This document shows, piece by piece, positions 10,332 to 19,196 of a DNA stretch of 64,000 nt; position 1 is the stretch's first letter; each line of letters starts with the position of its first letter. Origin of the DNA: Candidatus Nealsonbacteria bacterium (GTDB lineage: Bacteria; Patescibacteriota; Minisyncoccia; Minisyncoccales; PWPS01). The DNA is taken from contig PWNV01000014.1 in assembly GCA_003557645.1 (NCBI GenBank), forward strand, positions 17,989 to 81,988, read 5' to 3'. Both the position numbers and the translations under genes were made by a program. The notes under the pieces are model-generated. The model was not told where the DNA came from and did no database searches. It saw only the letters and a list, made by a program, of their open reading frames with translations.

Positions 10332-10403
10332 AGCGGGCGAACGGATTCGAACCGTCATCACAACCTTGGAAGGGTTGGGTAATAGCCATTATACGACGCC
10401 CGC
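10332..10403 (-). tRNA. tRNA-Gly (anticodon UCC), CCA not encoded
   Basis: Cloverleaf folded by hand; near-identical to E. coli glyT (GCGGGCGTCGTATAATGGCTATTAC...); anticodon loop cuUCCaa. Confidence 0.85.
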
Positions 10404-10416
10404 AGGCTTCTAATTT

Positions 10417-10491
10417 GGTCGGGGCACTCGGATTCGAACCGAGAATCACTCGCACCCAAAGCGAGCATGTTAGCCGTTACACCATGCCCCG
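10417..10491 (-). tRNA. tRNA-Pro (anticodon UGG), CCA encoded
   Basis: Acceptor cggggca/tgccccg, anticodon loop uuUGGgu, TTCGAAT T-loop. Confidence 0.8.
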
Positions 10492-10538
10492 ACTACCTTG
10501 TAAGATACCACTGTTTTATCACAAAAGTCAACGCATTC

Positions 10539-11129
10539 TTATGCTTTCCTTTTCTCCGTAATCATTTCGTCAATTACTCCGTACTCTTTCGCTTCTTCTG
10601 GAGTAAGATAAAAATCGCGATCTGTATCCTTTCGAATTTTTGTAATGGGTTGCTTTGTATGACTAGCTATTATCTTGTTCAGCTTCTCTCTAATTTTTAA
10701 GATTTGTTTAGCAGTAATTTCAATCTCCGCGGCCGCACCACTCGCTCCTCCCATAACCTGATGAAGAAGTATCTCCGAGTTTGGAAGAGCAAATCTTTTT
10801 TTTGCTGCTCCTCCAGCAAGAAGAACCGCTCCCATTGATCCAGCCATTCCTACACACACAGTGGAAACATCACACTTTACATACTGCATCGTATCATATA
10901 TCGCCATTCCTGCTGTTACAGAGCCTCCTGGACTATTAATATAAAGACGAATATCTTTTTGCGAACTTTGACTGGCCAAAAAAAGCATCTGAGCGATAAT
11001 AGAATTAGCAATATCATCATTAATAGGAGACCCCAAGAAAACAATTCTTTCCTTTAATAATCTAGAATAAATATCGTATGCTCTTTCTCCATATTGAGTT
11101 TTTTCCACTACTGTTGGTATAAGATTCAT
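10539..11129 (-). CDS. clpP: ATP-dependent Clp protease proteolytic subunit
   Basis: Ser-His-Asp triad context [17 protein letters not shown]; classic ClpP length. Confidence 0.9.
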   Translation of the reverse strand: MNLIPTVVEKTQYGERAYDIYSRLLKERIVFLGSPINDDIANSIIAQMLFLASQSSQKDIRLYINSPGGSVTAGMAIYDTMQYVKCDVSTVCVGMAGSMGAVLLAGGAAKKRFALPNSEILLHQVMGGASGAAAEIEITAKQILKIREKLNKIIASHTKQPITKIRKDTDRDFYLTPEEAKEYGVIDEMITEKRKA

Positions 11130-11136
11130 AGATTTT

Positions 11137-12276
11137 TTAATTATTTTCTACTTCTGCTGTTCCTTCTATTTCTTCTTTGCCAATTGCCTTCACATCAATT
11201 CTCCATCCAGTAAGCTTTGCTGCAAGACGTACATTCTGCCCATCTTTTCCTATCGCCAAAGAAAGCTGATCCTCTGGAACAGTAACAACCGCCCTTCCTT
11301 CTTTAATTTCCACATCTGATATTTTCGCTGGAGACAACGCGTTTTTAACAAAATCTTTCGGATCATCAAGGTACTCTATAATATCAATTTTTTCTCCGCT
11401 AAGCTCTGATATGATCGCACCTACGCGTGTCCCTCTTTGCCCTACCGCAGTTCCTACTGGATCAATTCCTTCTTCCTGAGAGTAAACAGCTATCTTAGCA
11501 CGAGATCCCGCCTCTCTTGCAATTGCTTTTATTTCTACTGTTCCAGCAGCAATTTCAGGAACTTCCAATTCAAAAAGTTTCGAAATTAGTTTCGGAAAAA
11601 CGCGGGAAAGAACCACACTCGGCCCCCTCGAACTATCTTCTACACTTAATACATAAACCTTATATCTCTGTCCCGGGCGATAACTCTCGTTAGGAATTTG
11701 CTCATCACTGTGTAAAATACCAAGAACTCTTCCTATATCAATTAACACGTTTCTTCCCTCCATTCTCTGCACAATTCCAGAAATAACTTCTCCTTCCTTC
11801 TCCTTATACTCATTGAAAATAAGTTCTCTTTCCGTCTCCTTTATTTTCTGTAAAATAACCTGTTTTGCTGTTTGCGCTGCAATTCTTCCAAAGTTATCTT
11901 TTCTCGGGAGAGAGGTTTCAATCTCTTCTCCAACTACAGTATCAGGTTTTATTTTCTTTGCATCTTCTAAGGTAATATGTCTTTTTGAGTTGTATTGAAC
12001 TTTTCCATCCTCGTTCTCTTCTTCCTCCACTCTCTCTTGATCCTCCTCTTCATCAAAAATAGCCGTTGTTTCATCTACCACCGTTTTTACCAACCAAAAA
12101 TCAGCTTCTCCCGTCTTGGGATTAACTTTTGCTTTTACTACCTCTCCTCTTTCTCTATATTCTTTCTTGTAAGCAGTGGCTATTGCTTGTTCAATAATCT
12201 CTATCATCTTTTGTTCTGGAATCTCTTTTTCTGTAGTAATTTGCGAAACCGCTGATGCAAATGATTTTATGTCCAT
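11137..12276 (-). CDS. nusA: Transcription termination/antitermination factor NusA
   Basis: N-terminal domain, S1 and two KH domains; GxxG KH motifs. Confidence 0.85.
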   Translation of the reverse strand: MDIKSFASAVSQITTEKEIPEQKMIEIIEQAIATAYKKEYRERGEVVKAKVNPKTGEADFWLVKTVVDETTAIFDEEEDQERVEEEENEDGKVQYNSKRHITLEDAKKIKPDTVVGEEIETSLPRKDNFGRIAAQTAKQVILQKIKETERELIFNEYKEKEGEVISGIVQRMEGRNVLIDIGRVLGILHSDEQIPNESYRPGQRYKVYVLSVEDSSRGPSVVLSRVFPKLISKLFELEVPEIAAGTVEIKAIAREAGSRAKIAVYSQEEGIDPVGTAVGQRGTRVGAIISELSGEKIDIIEYLDDPKDFVKNALSPAKISDVEIKEGRAVVTVPEDQLSLAIGKDGQNVRLAAKLTGWRIDVKAIGKEEIEGTAEVENN

Positions 12277-12389
12277 GAATTAACTTATTTGTAATTATTA
12301 ATAAATATTGTCCGCTTCATGACGGACAATACAAACTTCTCAAGTAACTTTCATTGTAACAAAATATCTTTCTTTGTCAAATAAAATAG

Positions 12390-12464
12390 TGGACCCAGCC
12401 GGATTCGAACCGGCGGCCTCTTGCATGCGAAGCAAGCGCTCTAGCCTGTCTGAGCTATGGGCCC
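12390..12464 (-). tRNA. tRNA-Ala (anticodon CGC)
   Basis: G3:U70 identity pair, anticodon loop uuCGCau. Confidence 0.8.
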
Positions 12465-12470
12465 TCCATG

Positions 12471-12543
12471 TCGGGCCGCCGGGATTCGAACCCGGAATCA
12501 CACGAACCCGAATCGTGTATGTTAGCCGTTACACCACGGCCCG
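12471..12543 (-). tRNA. tRNA-Pro (anticodon CGG)
   Basis: Acceptor cgggccg/cggcccg, anticodon loop uuCGGgu. Confidence 0.8.
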
Positions 12544-12553
12544 TTATCTTTAT

Positions 12554-13489
12554 CTATTCTTCTTTTACTCCCACTCTCTTCTTTGTCACCCATGCAAACC
12601 CTTCTCTTGAAGTGATCATCGCCACATCAACGGGCCCTCCAACTCCTGGCATATCTCCAGGGTCTCCTTTTATTCCATCCGAAAATCTTTGAATTGCAGA
12701 TGTGCTTTGAACCATCAGCACACAAAAATCAATTGCATCTTGTAATGTCATTGTTCCCCACTGAATAACGTACTCTAAGTTTCTTAATTGCTTATTAGTT
12801 TCTTCTTTCCCGTTTTGCTGTATCGCTTCTTTGACAAATTTAAGATTACCTATTCTCCCGTCAAAGCCCAAGACAATTCTTGAAACCACGTCTGTCTGCC
12901 CTATCCACGATGACCCGTACTCTTTACCTCCTTCATTTCCGTCTCTCACTTTTTGAACTTCTCCTGGAATATTACAAATACAAACTTGGTGGTTTCCGTC
13001 TTTATTGTACCCAACAACCATAAGCTTTATCATGTCAACAGTAGCTGAAGTTTCCTTTTCTTCCCCTTTACTATTCTTAAAGCGAATCTTAACAATCCCT
13101 CCTTCTTCTTTTTTATCTATAATCTCCGCTCCTTGTCTTTTTAAATCAATTTCAGCTCTTTTCATTAATTTCTCTACTCTCTCTTTATAATTATATTTTT
13201 TACTAAAAAGATAGTGTAATTTTTCCGCAATTTCTTGCACAGTTAAATTTTCTGTCTCTGTCTCGCACCTGAAAACATCAATAAATTTGCTAATATTTTT
13301 CATCACTCCGTCTTCTGGCAAAAAAGCAAGACCTGTTACGGCAACCCCCACCTTTTTGTTGATCTGAAAAAGCTTTGAAGCGTTATCTGAACCAATACGA
13401 GCCATTCCTTTGTGATTACGAAAAGACTGCCTGCTATCAACTGCTAAAATAATTCCCTCAGGAGTTGTTGTATTTATTGCCAAAGACAT
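12554..13489 (-). CDS. Ntn-hydrolase, proteasome beta-subunit/HslV-like protein with about 60-aa insertion
   Basis: N-terminal TTTPEGIILAVDSRQS (cf. HslV TTIVSVR..VIAGDGQ), conserved Lys (ASKLFQI), GVAVTG, GSSWIG (cf. GSGG) pattern. Confidence 0.45.
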   Translation of the reverse strand: MSLAINTTTPEGIILAVDSRQSFRNHKGMARIGSDNASKLFQINKKVGVAVTGLAFLPEDGVMKNISKFIDVFRCETETENLTVQEIAEKLHYLFSKKYNYKERVEKLMKRAEIDLKRQGAEIIDKKEEGGIVKIRFKNSKGEEKETSATVDMIKLMVVGYNKDGNHQVCICNIPGEVQKVRDGNEGGKEYGSSWIGQTDVVSRIVLGFDGRIGNLKFVKEAIQQNGKEETNKQLRNLEYVIQWGTMTLQDAIDFCVLMVQSTSAIQRFSDGIKGDPGDMPGVGGPVDVAMITSREGFAWVTKKRVGVKEE

Positions 13490-13599
13490 ATTTTTATTGT
13501 ATCTTATTATTAATAACTTTTTTAATTCTATTACAAGTTATGATTATATCAACCTTCCGCTAGCAAAAGGTCGTAAATATTAAAAAATACAATTAAAAA

Positions 13600-14085
13600 A
13601 TGAGCACTAAAATAATAGCATTAATCGGAGTCGTTCTTCTCGCCGTTCTTCTTCTACTTCTTTTCCTTGAAAGAACTGAAACAGAACTGCCAGAAGAGGA
13701 GATGGTAGACAAAGAGATTGAGTATTTTCTTTCTCTTAAAGAGGGAACTGTTTCTTCTTTAGGTGGTGATTACTTTATTATGGAAGCTATAGATACGAGA
13801 CGCTTTGAAGAAATGTCCGACGAAGAATTAATGAACTTAACAATAGAGGATTATGATACTGTCAATATAAAGGTAAATGTGACCGAAGAGACAGTTTTTG
13901 TTAATGAAACTGATTATCATTTTCTGGAAATTCCAGAAGAAAAGGAAGGATTAGAGGCTTTCGACTACATCAAGAACACTCCTGAAGAAGAGTATATTAT
14001 CGCTGTTTATGTTGACTTAGACGAAGAAACATACGAAGAAGACATCGTTGCTATCTATGTCTCCTGGAGTTACTATCCCAGATAA
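13600..14085 (+). CDS. Hypothetical membrane-anchored acidic protein
   Basis: Single N-terminal TM helix (IIALIGVVLLAVLLLLLFL) then Glu/Asp-rich domain. Confidence 0.5.
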   Translation: MSTKIIALIGVVLLAVLLLLLFLERTETELPEEEMVDKEIEYFLSLKEGTVSSLGGDYFIMEAIDTRRFEEMSDEELMNLTIEDYDTVNIKVNVTEETVFVNETDYHFLEIPEEKEGLEAFDYIKNTPEEEYIIAVYVDLDEETYEEDIVAIYVSWSYYPR

Positions 14086-14130
14086 ACAGTGAAGAAATCA
14101 ATTTGTAAACGCCTCGCAACGCGGGGCGTT

Positions 14131-15585
14131 TTATGTTACCCAGTACTTTTTTTTAGTCATTTCGTCACGCTTTACCTCCATTTTTTCTGCTTCTTTTTTT
14201 GCTTCTTTTGCTTTTTCTCTTACTTCTTCCTCCCTCCAGACTTTCATCTCCTCTATCTTTTTCTTTAGTGTTTCTTTTTTATTTAGGCTTGGATCGTTAA
14301 TAACATCAATTAGTAGGATGTTAAGAACTTCTCCAATTATTTTCCCTGGAGGAACACCCATTATTTTCATTACGTCATCTCCTCCTACCTTTAACATATT
14401 TACACTTATCGGGTCTTGTGAAACTTTATCAATAAGGTAGCGCATATGACGTAGTTTGTAGGGCTCTGCTTTTGGCACTCCCGAACCAATTCTGTCCGCC
14501 ATTCTAACCTCTAAAAGCTCTTCTATGTTTTCTTTTCCCACATTTTTAAGAAGTCTTCTTACTGAGCTCTCAGAAACCTCCCCTACATTATAATAGAACA
14601 AGTGATAACGAACCAAGAGGGTGATTTTTTCTATATCTTTCTTTTTAAACTTTAATCGCTTTAGAACTTCTCTTGTTATTCTTGCGCCAACAATTTCATG
14701 ATTGTAAAAGGTGGCATTCTCCCCTTCTCCTTCCTTCACTCTGGGCTTACCAATGTCGTGTAAAAGGGCAGCCATTCTTACGTGCATTCCAAAGCCCTTT
14801 TTAGCTGCATATTTTAAAGATTGAATCGAGTGTTCATAGCAATCATAAACATGATGTTTGTTTTGTGCCACCTTGTATCCTTCAAGAATCTCGGGAAGAA
14901 ACTGATCTAATAGATCCAGCTTTCGAAGACCTTCTACTCCTTCTGCCGCCTTTTCTGTCATAATTATCTTGATTAGCTCGTCTCTTATTCTTTCTCGCGA
15001 TATTTCTTGCAAAAGATGGCTGTTGCGCTTAATCGCTTCTTCTGTTTCTTTTTCAATAGAAAAATCAAGAGTTGTTGCAAGTCTCACTGCACGCATCAAC
15101 CTTAAACCATCTTCGGCAAGCCTTTCTTCAGGATCTCCTACCGCCCTTATCACCTTCTCTCCCAAATCCTTTTTTCCTTTATAAGGATCAATGATTACAC
15201 CATCTAATCCCATCGCCATCGCGTTAACAGTAAAATCTCTCCTCTTTAAATCTTCTTGAATGCTTTTTGTAAAAGAAACTTCATCTGGGTGTCTTTTGTC
15301 TTTGTATCCTTTTTCTGTTCGATACGGCGTAATCTGAACTTCCTGTAAATTTTCCTCTTCTTCTTCTTCTATTATTAGGGTAACTGTTCCAAAGTTATTA
15401 TCTGTGAAACTATTTTTAAATATACTTCCTATCTCTTTGGGAATCGCGCTGGTTGCAATATCAAAATCAACAGGGCTTTCCCCTCGCAAAATATCACGAA
15501 CGCACCCTCCTACCATGTACGCTTCAAACCCCTCACTTTCTAGTTTCTTTATTATTTTTTTGATTGTTTCTGGAATTTTCATCAT
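14131..15585 (-). CDS. cca: CCA-adding tRNA nucleotidyltransferase with HD domain
   Basis: GGCVRD...DFDIAT polymerase-beta head, HD domain (LLHDIGK); several tRNAs here lack encoded CCA. Confidence 0.85.
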   Translation of the reverse strand: MMKIPETIKKIIKKLESEGFEAYMVGGCVRDILRGESPVDFDIATSAIPKEIGSIFKNSFTDNNFGTVTLIIEEEEEENLQEVQITPYRTEKGYKDKRHPDEVSFTKSIQEDLKRRDFTVNAMAMGLDGVIIDPYKGKKDLGEKVIRAVGDPEERLAEDGLRLMRAVRLATTLDFSIEKETEEAIKRNSHLLQEISRERIRDELIKIIMTEKAAEGVEGLRKLDLLDQFLPEILEGYKVAQNKHHVYDCYEHSIQSLKYAAKKGFGMHVRMAALLHDIGKPRVKEGEGENATFYNHEIVGARITREVLKRLKFKKKDIEKITLLVRYHLFYYNVGEVSESSVRRLLKNVGKENIEELLEVRMADRIGSGVPKAEPYKLRHMRYLIDKVSQDPISVNMLKVGGDDVMKIMGVPPGKIIGEVLNILLIDVINDPSLNKKETLKKKIEEMKVWREEEVREKAKEAKKEAEKMEVKRDEMTKKKYWVT

Positions 15586-15644
15586 TTCATTGTACCTTAG
15601 CCGCTTGTTTTTTTCAATTACAGAAGGTAAAATAAAAAAACTAT

Positions 15645-15718
15645 GCCCCGGTAGCTCAACTGGATAGAGCGTCGGTCTTCGGAACCGCAGGCTGGGGGTT
15701 CGAATCCCTCCCGGGGTA
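15645..15718 (+). tRNA. tRNA-Arg (anticodon UCG), G1:U72 wobble
   Basis: Hand-folded cloverleaf, anticodon loop cuUCGga, TTCGAAT T-loop. Confidence 0.7.
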
Positions 15719-15781
15719 CGGTTTGATTAATCCTAAAAATAATCACTTTCATTTTTTAATAAAAAATATTATAATTGTTAA

Positions 15782-16201
15782 ATGATTAAAAGGATATTGA
15801 TAATTGCCTGCATTCTCGCCCTTTTTCCTCTTATTTCCTTCGCAAATGGAGAAGAGGGTCTTGTTCCTTGTGGCCCAGGAACCGGTGTGGATTGTCAGTT
15901 ATGCCATCTGTTTGTAATTTTTGGCAATGTTGTTGACTTCCTCATGACACGATTAATCCCTGCAGCAGCCATCATCCTTATAATCTACGGTGGAATCATG
16001 ACCTATGTCCATTCTGCTAACCCCGAAGGATTTTCCTACGGGAAGAAAGTTATCCTTATGGCTATTGCGGGTGTCTTTATCGCTTACACAGCTTGGATTA
16101 TAATCGGTCTTATTCTTCAAGGGTTAGGAATGGTAGAAGACTGGGGATTTCATGATTGGTGGCAAAGCGGCCTTTACACAATAGAGTGTCCTGTCGATTA
16201 G
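15782..16201 (+). CDS. VirB2/TrbC-like pilin-family small membrane protein (signal peptide plus two hydrophobic helices)
   Basis: Signal peptide, GLVPCGPG...CQLCHLF motif, then LIPAAAIILIIYGGIMTYV / VILMAIAGVFIAYTAWIIIGLI helix-loop-helix; same domain at C-terminus of ORF 28084..31224. Confidence 0.55.
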   Translation: MIKRILIIACILALFPLISFANGEEGLVPCGPGTGVDCQLCHLFVIFGNVVDFLMTRLIPAAAIILIIYGGIMTYVHSANPEGFSYGKKVILMAIAGVFIAYTAWIIIGLILQGLGMVEDWGFHDWWQSGLYTIECPVD

Positions 16202-16216
16202 AGCATCTTCTTTACT

Positions 16217-16292
<76 letters not shown>

Positions 16293-16322
16293 AAGAAAAA
16301 ATATAAATTAAATTAAAATCAC

Positions 16323-16577
16323 ATGCTTACAAAAGAAGAAAAAGAAGAAATATTAAAAGATTACGAAGACACCGGTGGTTCAGAGGCTCAGATAGCCTTG
16401 CTCTCAGCAAAGATAAAGAAACTCTTTCCTCATTTCAAGGAAAGCCCCAAAGACCTGCACTCTAAAAGAGGGCTTTTAGAGGCAGTAAATAAAAGAAGGA
16501 AACTTCTTTCCTATCTCCGTAAAGAAGATGAAGAAAGATACAATAAACTTGTTAAAAAATTGGGCTTAAAAAAATAA
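16323..16577 (+). CDS. rpsO: 30S ribosomal protein S15
   Basis: Conserved S15 sequence; canonical rpsO-pnp linkage. Confidence 0.85.
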   Translation: MLTKEEKEEILKDYEDTGGSEAQIALLSAKIKKLFPHFKESPKDLHSKRGLLEAVNKRRKLLSYLRKEDEERYNKLVKKLGLKK

Positions 16578-16578
16578 T

Positions 16579-17094
16579 ATGCTCATAAAACACAAGGGGC
16601 AGCGCGTGGCAATTTTTATCGACGTACAAAATCTTTACCACTCAGCAAAAAATCTTTATAACTCACGTGTTGACTTTAGCGCAATAGTAGAAAAAGCAGT
16701 AAGCAAAAGAAATCTTATTCGTTCTTTTGCTTATGTGATAAGAACCAAAACTGGTGAAGAAAAATCCTTTTTTGAAGCTCTCACCAATCTAGGAATAGAA
16801 ACCAGAATAAAAGACTTACAAGAGTTTTACGGTGGCCTCAAAAAAGGAGACTGGGACGTAGGAATTGTCGTTGATGCTATCCGTATGTCCATCAATGTAG
16901 ATGCTATTGTTCTTGTTACCGGAGATGGCGACTTCATCCCCCTTGTTGAATACTTAAAAAACAGAGGAAAACGAGTAGAAATAATGGCCTTTGAAAGATC
17001 TGCTTCCTCAAAATTAAAAGAAGTAGCGGATGAATTTATCGATCTTGAAAAAAGTCCTAAGAAATTCTTATTAAAGAAAAAAAGTCATGAATAA
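16579..17094 (+). CDS. NYN-domain (LabA-like) protein
   Basis: VAIFIDVQNLY...IVLVTGDGDFIPLV pattern of NYN/DUF88. Confidence 0.7.
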   Translation: MLIKHKGQRVAIFIDVQNLYHSAKNLYNSRVDFSAIVEKAVSKRNLIRSFAYVIRTKTGEEKSFFEALTNLGIETRIKDLQEFYGGLKKGDWDVGIVVDAIRMSINVDAIVLVTGDGDFIPLVEYLKNRGKRVEIMAFERSASSKLKEVADEFIDLEKSPKKFLLKKKSHE

Positions 17095-19183
17095 ATATAC
17101 TCTCACTCTTGGAAATTCTGATTTAATTGTTTCCTTGGAAAAATTAGCCGAGCAGGCAAACGGCGAGGTGTTGGTTCATTACGGAGACACGGTCGTCCTT
17201 GCTACCGTAACTCTTTCGGACGAAGACACTGAGAAAGATTTTTTTCCTCTTTCTGTAAGCTACGAAGAAAAATTTTACGCTGCAGGAAAGATAAGCGGTC
17301 CTCGCTACACAAGAAGAGAAGGAAGGCCTTCCGACAGAGCTACTTTAATTTCTCGTATGATTGATCGAGCCATCCGCCCTAAGTTTCCCAAAGAACTGAA
17401 AAAAGAAGTACAGATAATCGTTACCTGTCTTTCCTGGGATGAAGAAAATGATCCAGGAGTGCTAGGGATGATTGCTGCATCTCTTGCTCTTGAAATATCA
17501 GACGTTCCTTGGAACGGACCTCTTGGCTCGGTGAGAATAGGAAAAAATGGTGAATATATTTTAAATCCAAGCTCTACAGAAAGAGATGAAAGTGAGATAG
17601 ATCTTATTGTAAGCGGATTTATCAGCAAAGATAACAAGCTCATAACCAACATGATCGAGGGAAGTTTTAATGAAGTAGACGAAGAAGTAGCAGAAAAGGC
17701 CTTTCATTTTGCAGAAGACTCCATAAGACAGCTTTGCGCTTTTCAAGAAAAAATAAAAAAAGAAAAAGGAAAGGAAAAGATTGAGCTCTCTCCTCTTTTT
17801 TCTGACAAAAAAATAGAAAGCATTATCGCAGAAAAAATCAAAGAAGGAATGAAAGATATTTTCACAGAAAAAGAAGGAAGGGGTGATAAAATAAAAAAAC
17901 TTAAAAAAGATATTATTTCTTTTGCAAAAGAAAATTACGAAGACGCAACTGAGAAGAGTTACGCTGTTTCTTGCGTAGACACAGAGGTGGAAAAAGTTAT
18001 AAGAAAAAATATTTTAGAGAAAGAAGATCGTCCCGACGGAAGAAAAATGGACGAGGTAAGAGAAATAAGCACAAGCGTTGCCATTCTCCCTCGTACTCAC
18101 GGATCAGGCATTTTCAGAAGAGGCAAAACCAGATCACTTTCTATTATCACGCTTGGTGCTCCCGGTGAACAGCAACTTATCGAAGAGATGGAAGTTTCCG
18201 GTAAAAAACGTTTCATGCATCACTATAACTTTCCTTCTTATTCAGTTGGAGAAGTAAAACCTATTCGTGGTCCAGGGAGAAGAGATATCGGTCACGGAAT
18301 GCTTGCTGAAAAAGCAATCTTTCCTCTTCTTCCTAATATAGAAGATTTTCCCTACACCATTCGTGCAGTTTCAGAAATCCTTTCGTCTAATGGCTCAACT
18401 TCCATGGCTTCGGTTTGTAGCACCACTCTTGCATTGATGGATGCAGGGGTTCCGATTAAAAGACCTGTAGCAGGAATTTCTATCGGTCTTGTTACGGGAG
18501 ATCGTGGAGATTATAAGATGCTTACCGACATTCAAGGTCCTGAAGATCACTACGGCGACATGGATTTCAAAGTTGCAGGAACAAAGAACGGTATAACTGC
18601 TATTCAAATGGATGTAAAGATAGATGGCATTACGCAGAATATGATTAAAGAAGCTTTAAGCAGAGGAAAAGAAACTCGTTTTTACCTTCTAGAAGAAATA
18701 GCAAAAACGATTGAAACTCCGAGAAAAGAGCTTTCTCCTTACGCCCCTCGTATTGTTGTGATTAAGGTTGATCCAGAAAAAATAGGTGTCATAATAGGTC
18801 CTAAAGGAAAAACAATAAATGAAATAATGGAGGAAACAAATGTTTCTATTGATATTGATGATTCTGGCCTTGTTTCTGTCACTTCGGAAAATGAAGAAGA
18901 TATTGAAAAAGCTGTCTCTCGAATCAAAAACCTTACTCGTGAGGTTAAGGAAGGAGAAATCTTTGAAGGTAAAGTAATTAAAATATTTGATTTTGGAGCA
19001 GTAATAGAAATATTCCCTGGGCAAGAGGGTCTTTGTCATATTTCCGAGATCGCGCCACGAAGAGTACAGTCAGTAGAGAGTGAGTTAAAGAAAGACCAAA
19101 TCGTTCCTGTAAAAGTAATTAAAGTAGAAGAAAATGGGAAAGTAAGTCTTTCCATTAAAAGAGCAAAAGAGGATAAAAATTAA
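17087..19183 (+). CDS. pnp: Polynucleotide phosphorylase
   Basis: Two RNase PH domains, KH and S1 domains; 698 aa. Confidence 0.9.
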   Translation: MNKYTLTLGNSDLIVSLEKLAEQANGEVLVHYGDTVVLATVTLSDEDTEKDFFPLSVSYEEKFYAAGKISGPRYTRREGRPSDRATLISRMIDRAIRPKFPKELKKEVQIIVTCLSWDEENDPGVLGMIAASLALEISDVPWNGPLGSVRIGKNGEYILNPSSTERDESEIDLIVSGFISKDNKLITNMIEGSFNEVDEEVAEKAFHFAEDSIRQLCAFQEKIKKEKGKEKIELSPLFSDKKIESIIAEKIKEGMKDIFTEKEGRGDKIKKLKKDIISFAKENYEDATEKSYAVSCVDTEVEKVIRKNILEKEDRPDGRKMDEVREISTSVAILPRTHGSGIFRRGKTRSLSIITLGAPGEQQLIEEMEVSGKKRFMHHYNFPSYSVGEVKPIRGPGRRDIGHGMLAEKAIFPLLPNIEDFPYTIRAVSEILSSNGSTSMASVCSTTLALMDAGVPIKRPVAGISIGLVTGDRGDYKMLTDIQGPEDHYGDMDFKVAGTKNGITAIQMDVKIDGITQNMIKEALSRGKETRFYLLEEIAKTIETPRKELSPYAPRIVVIKVDPEKIGVIIGPKGKTINEIMEETNVSIDIDDSGLVSVTSENEEDIEKAVSRIKNLTREVKEGEIFEGKVIKIFDFGAVIEIFPGQEGLCHISEIAPRRVQSVESELKKDQIVPVKVIKVEENGKVSLSIKRAKEDKN

Positions 19184-19196
19184 TATTTTCCTTTCC

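Noticed and set aside
10332-10403. Initial reading of this tRNA as tRNA-Trp (CCA anticodon)
   Set aside because: Careful reverse-complement gives anticodon loop c-u-U-C-C-a-a, and the body is near-identical to E. coli glyT; it is tRNA-Gly(UCC).
12374-12692. ORFs 12374..12610 and 12468..12692 (plus strand)
   Set aside because: Overlap two minus-strand tRNA genes (Ala, Pro); translation shows tRNA-derived sequence (GFEP repeats).
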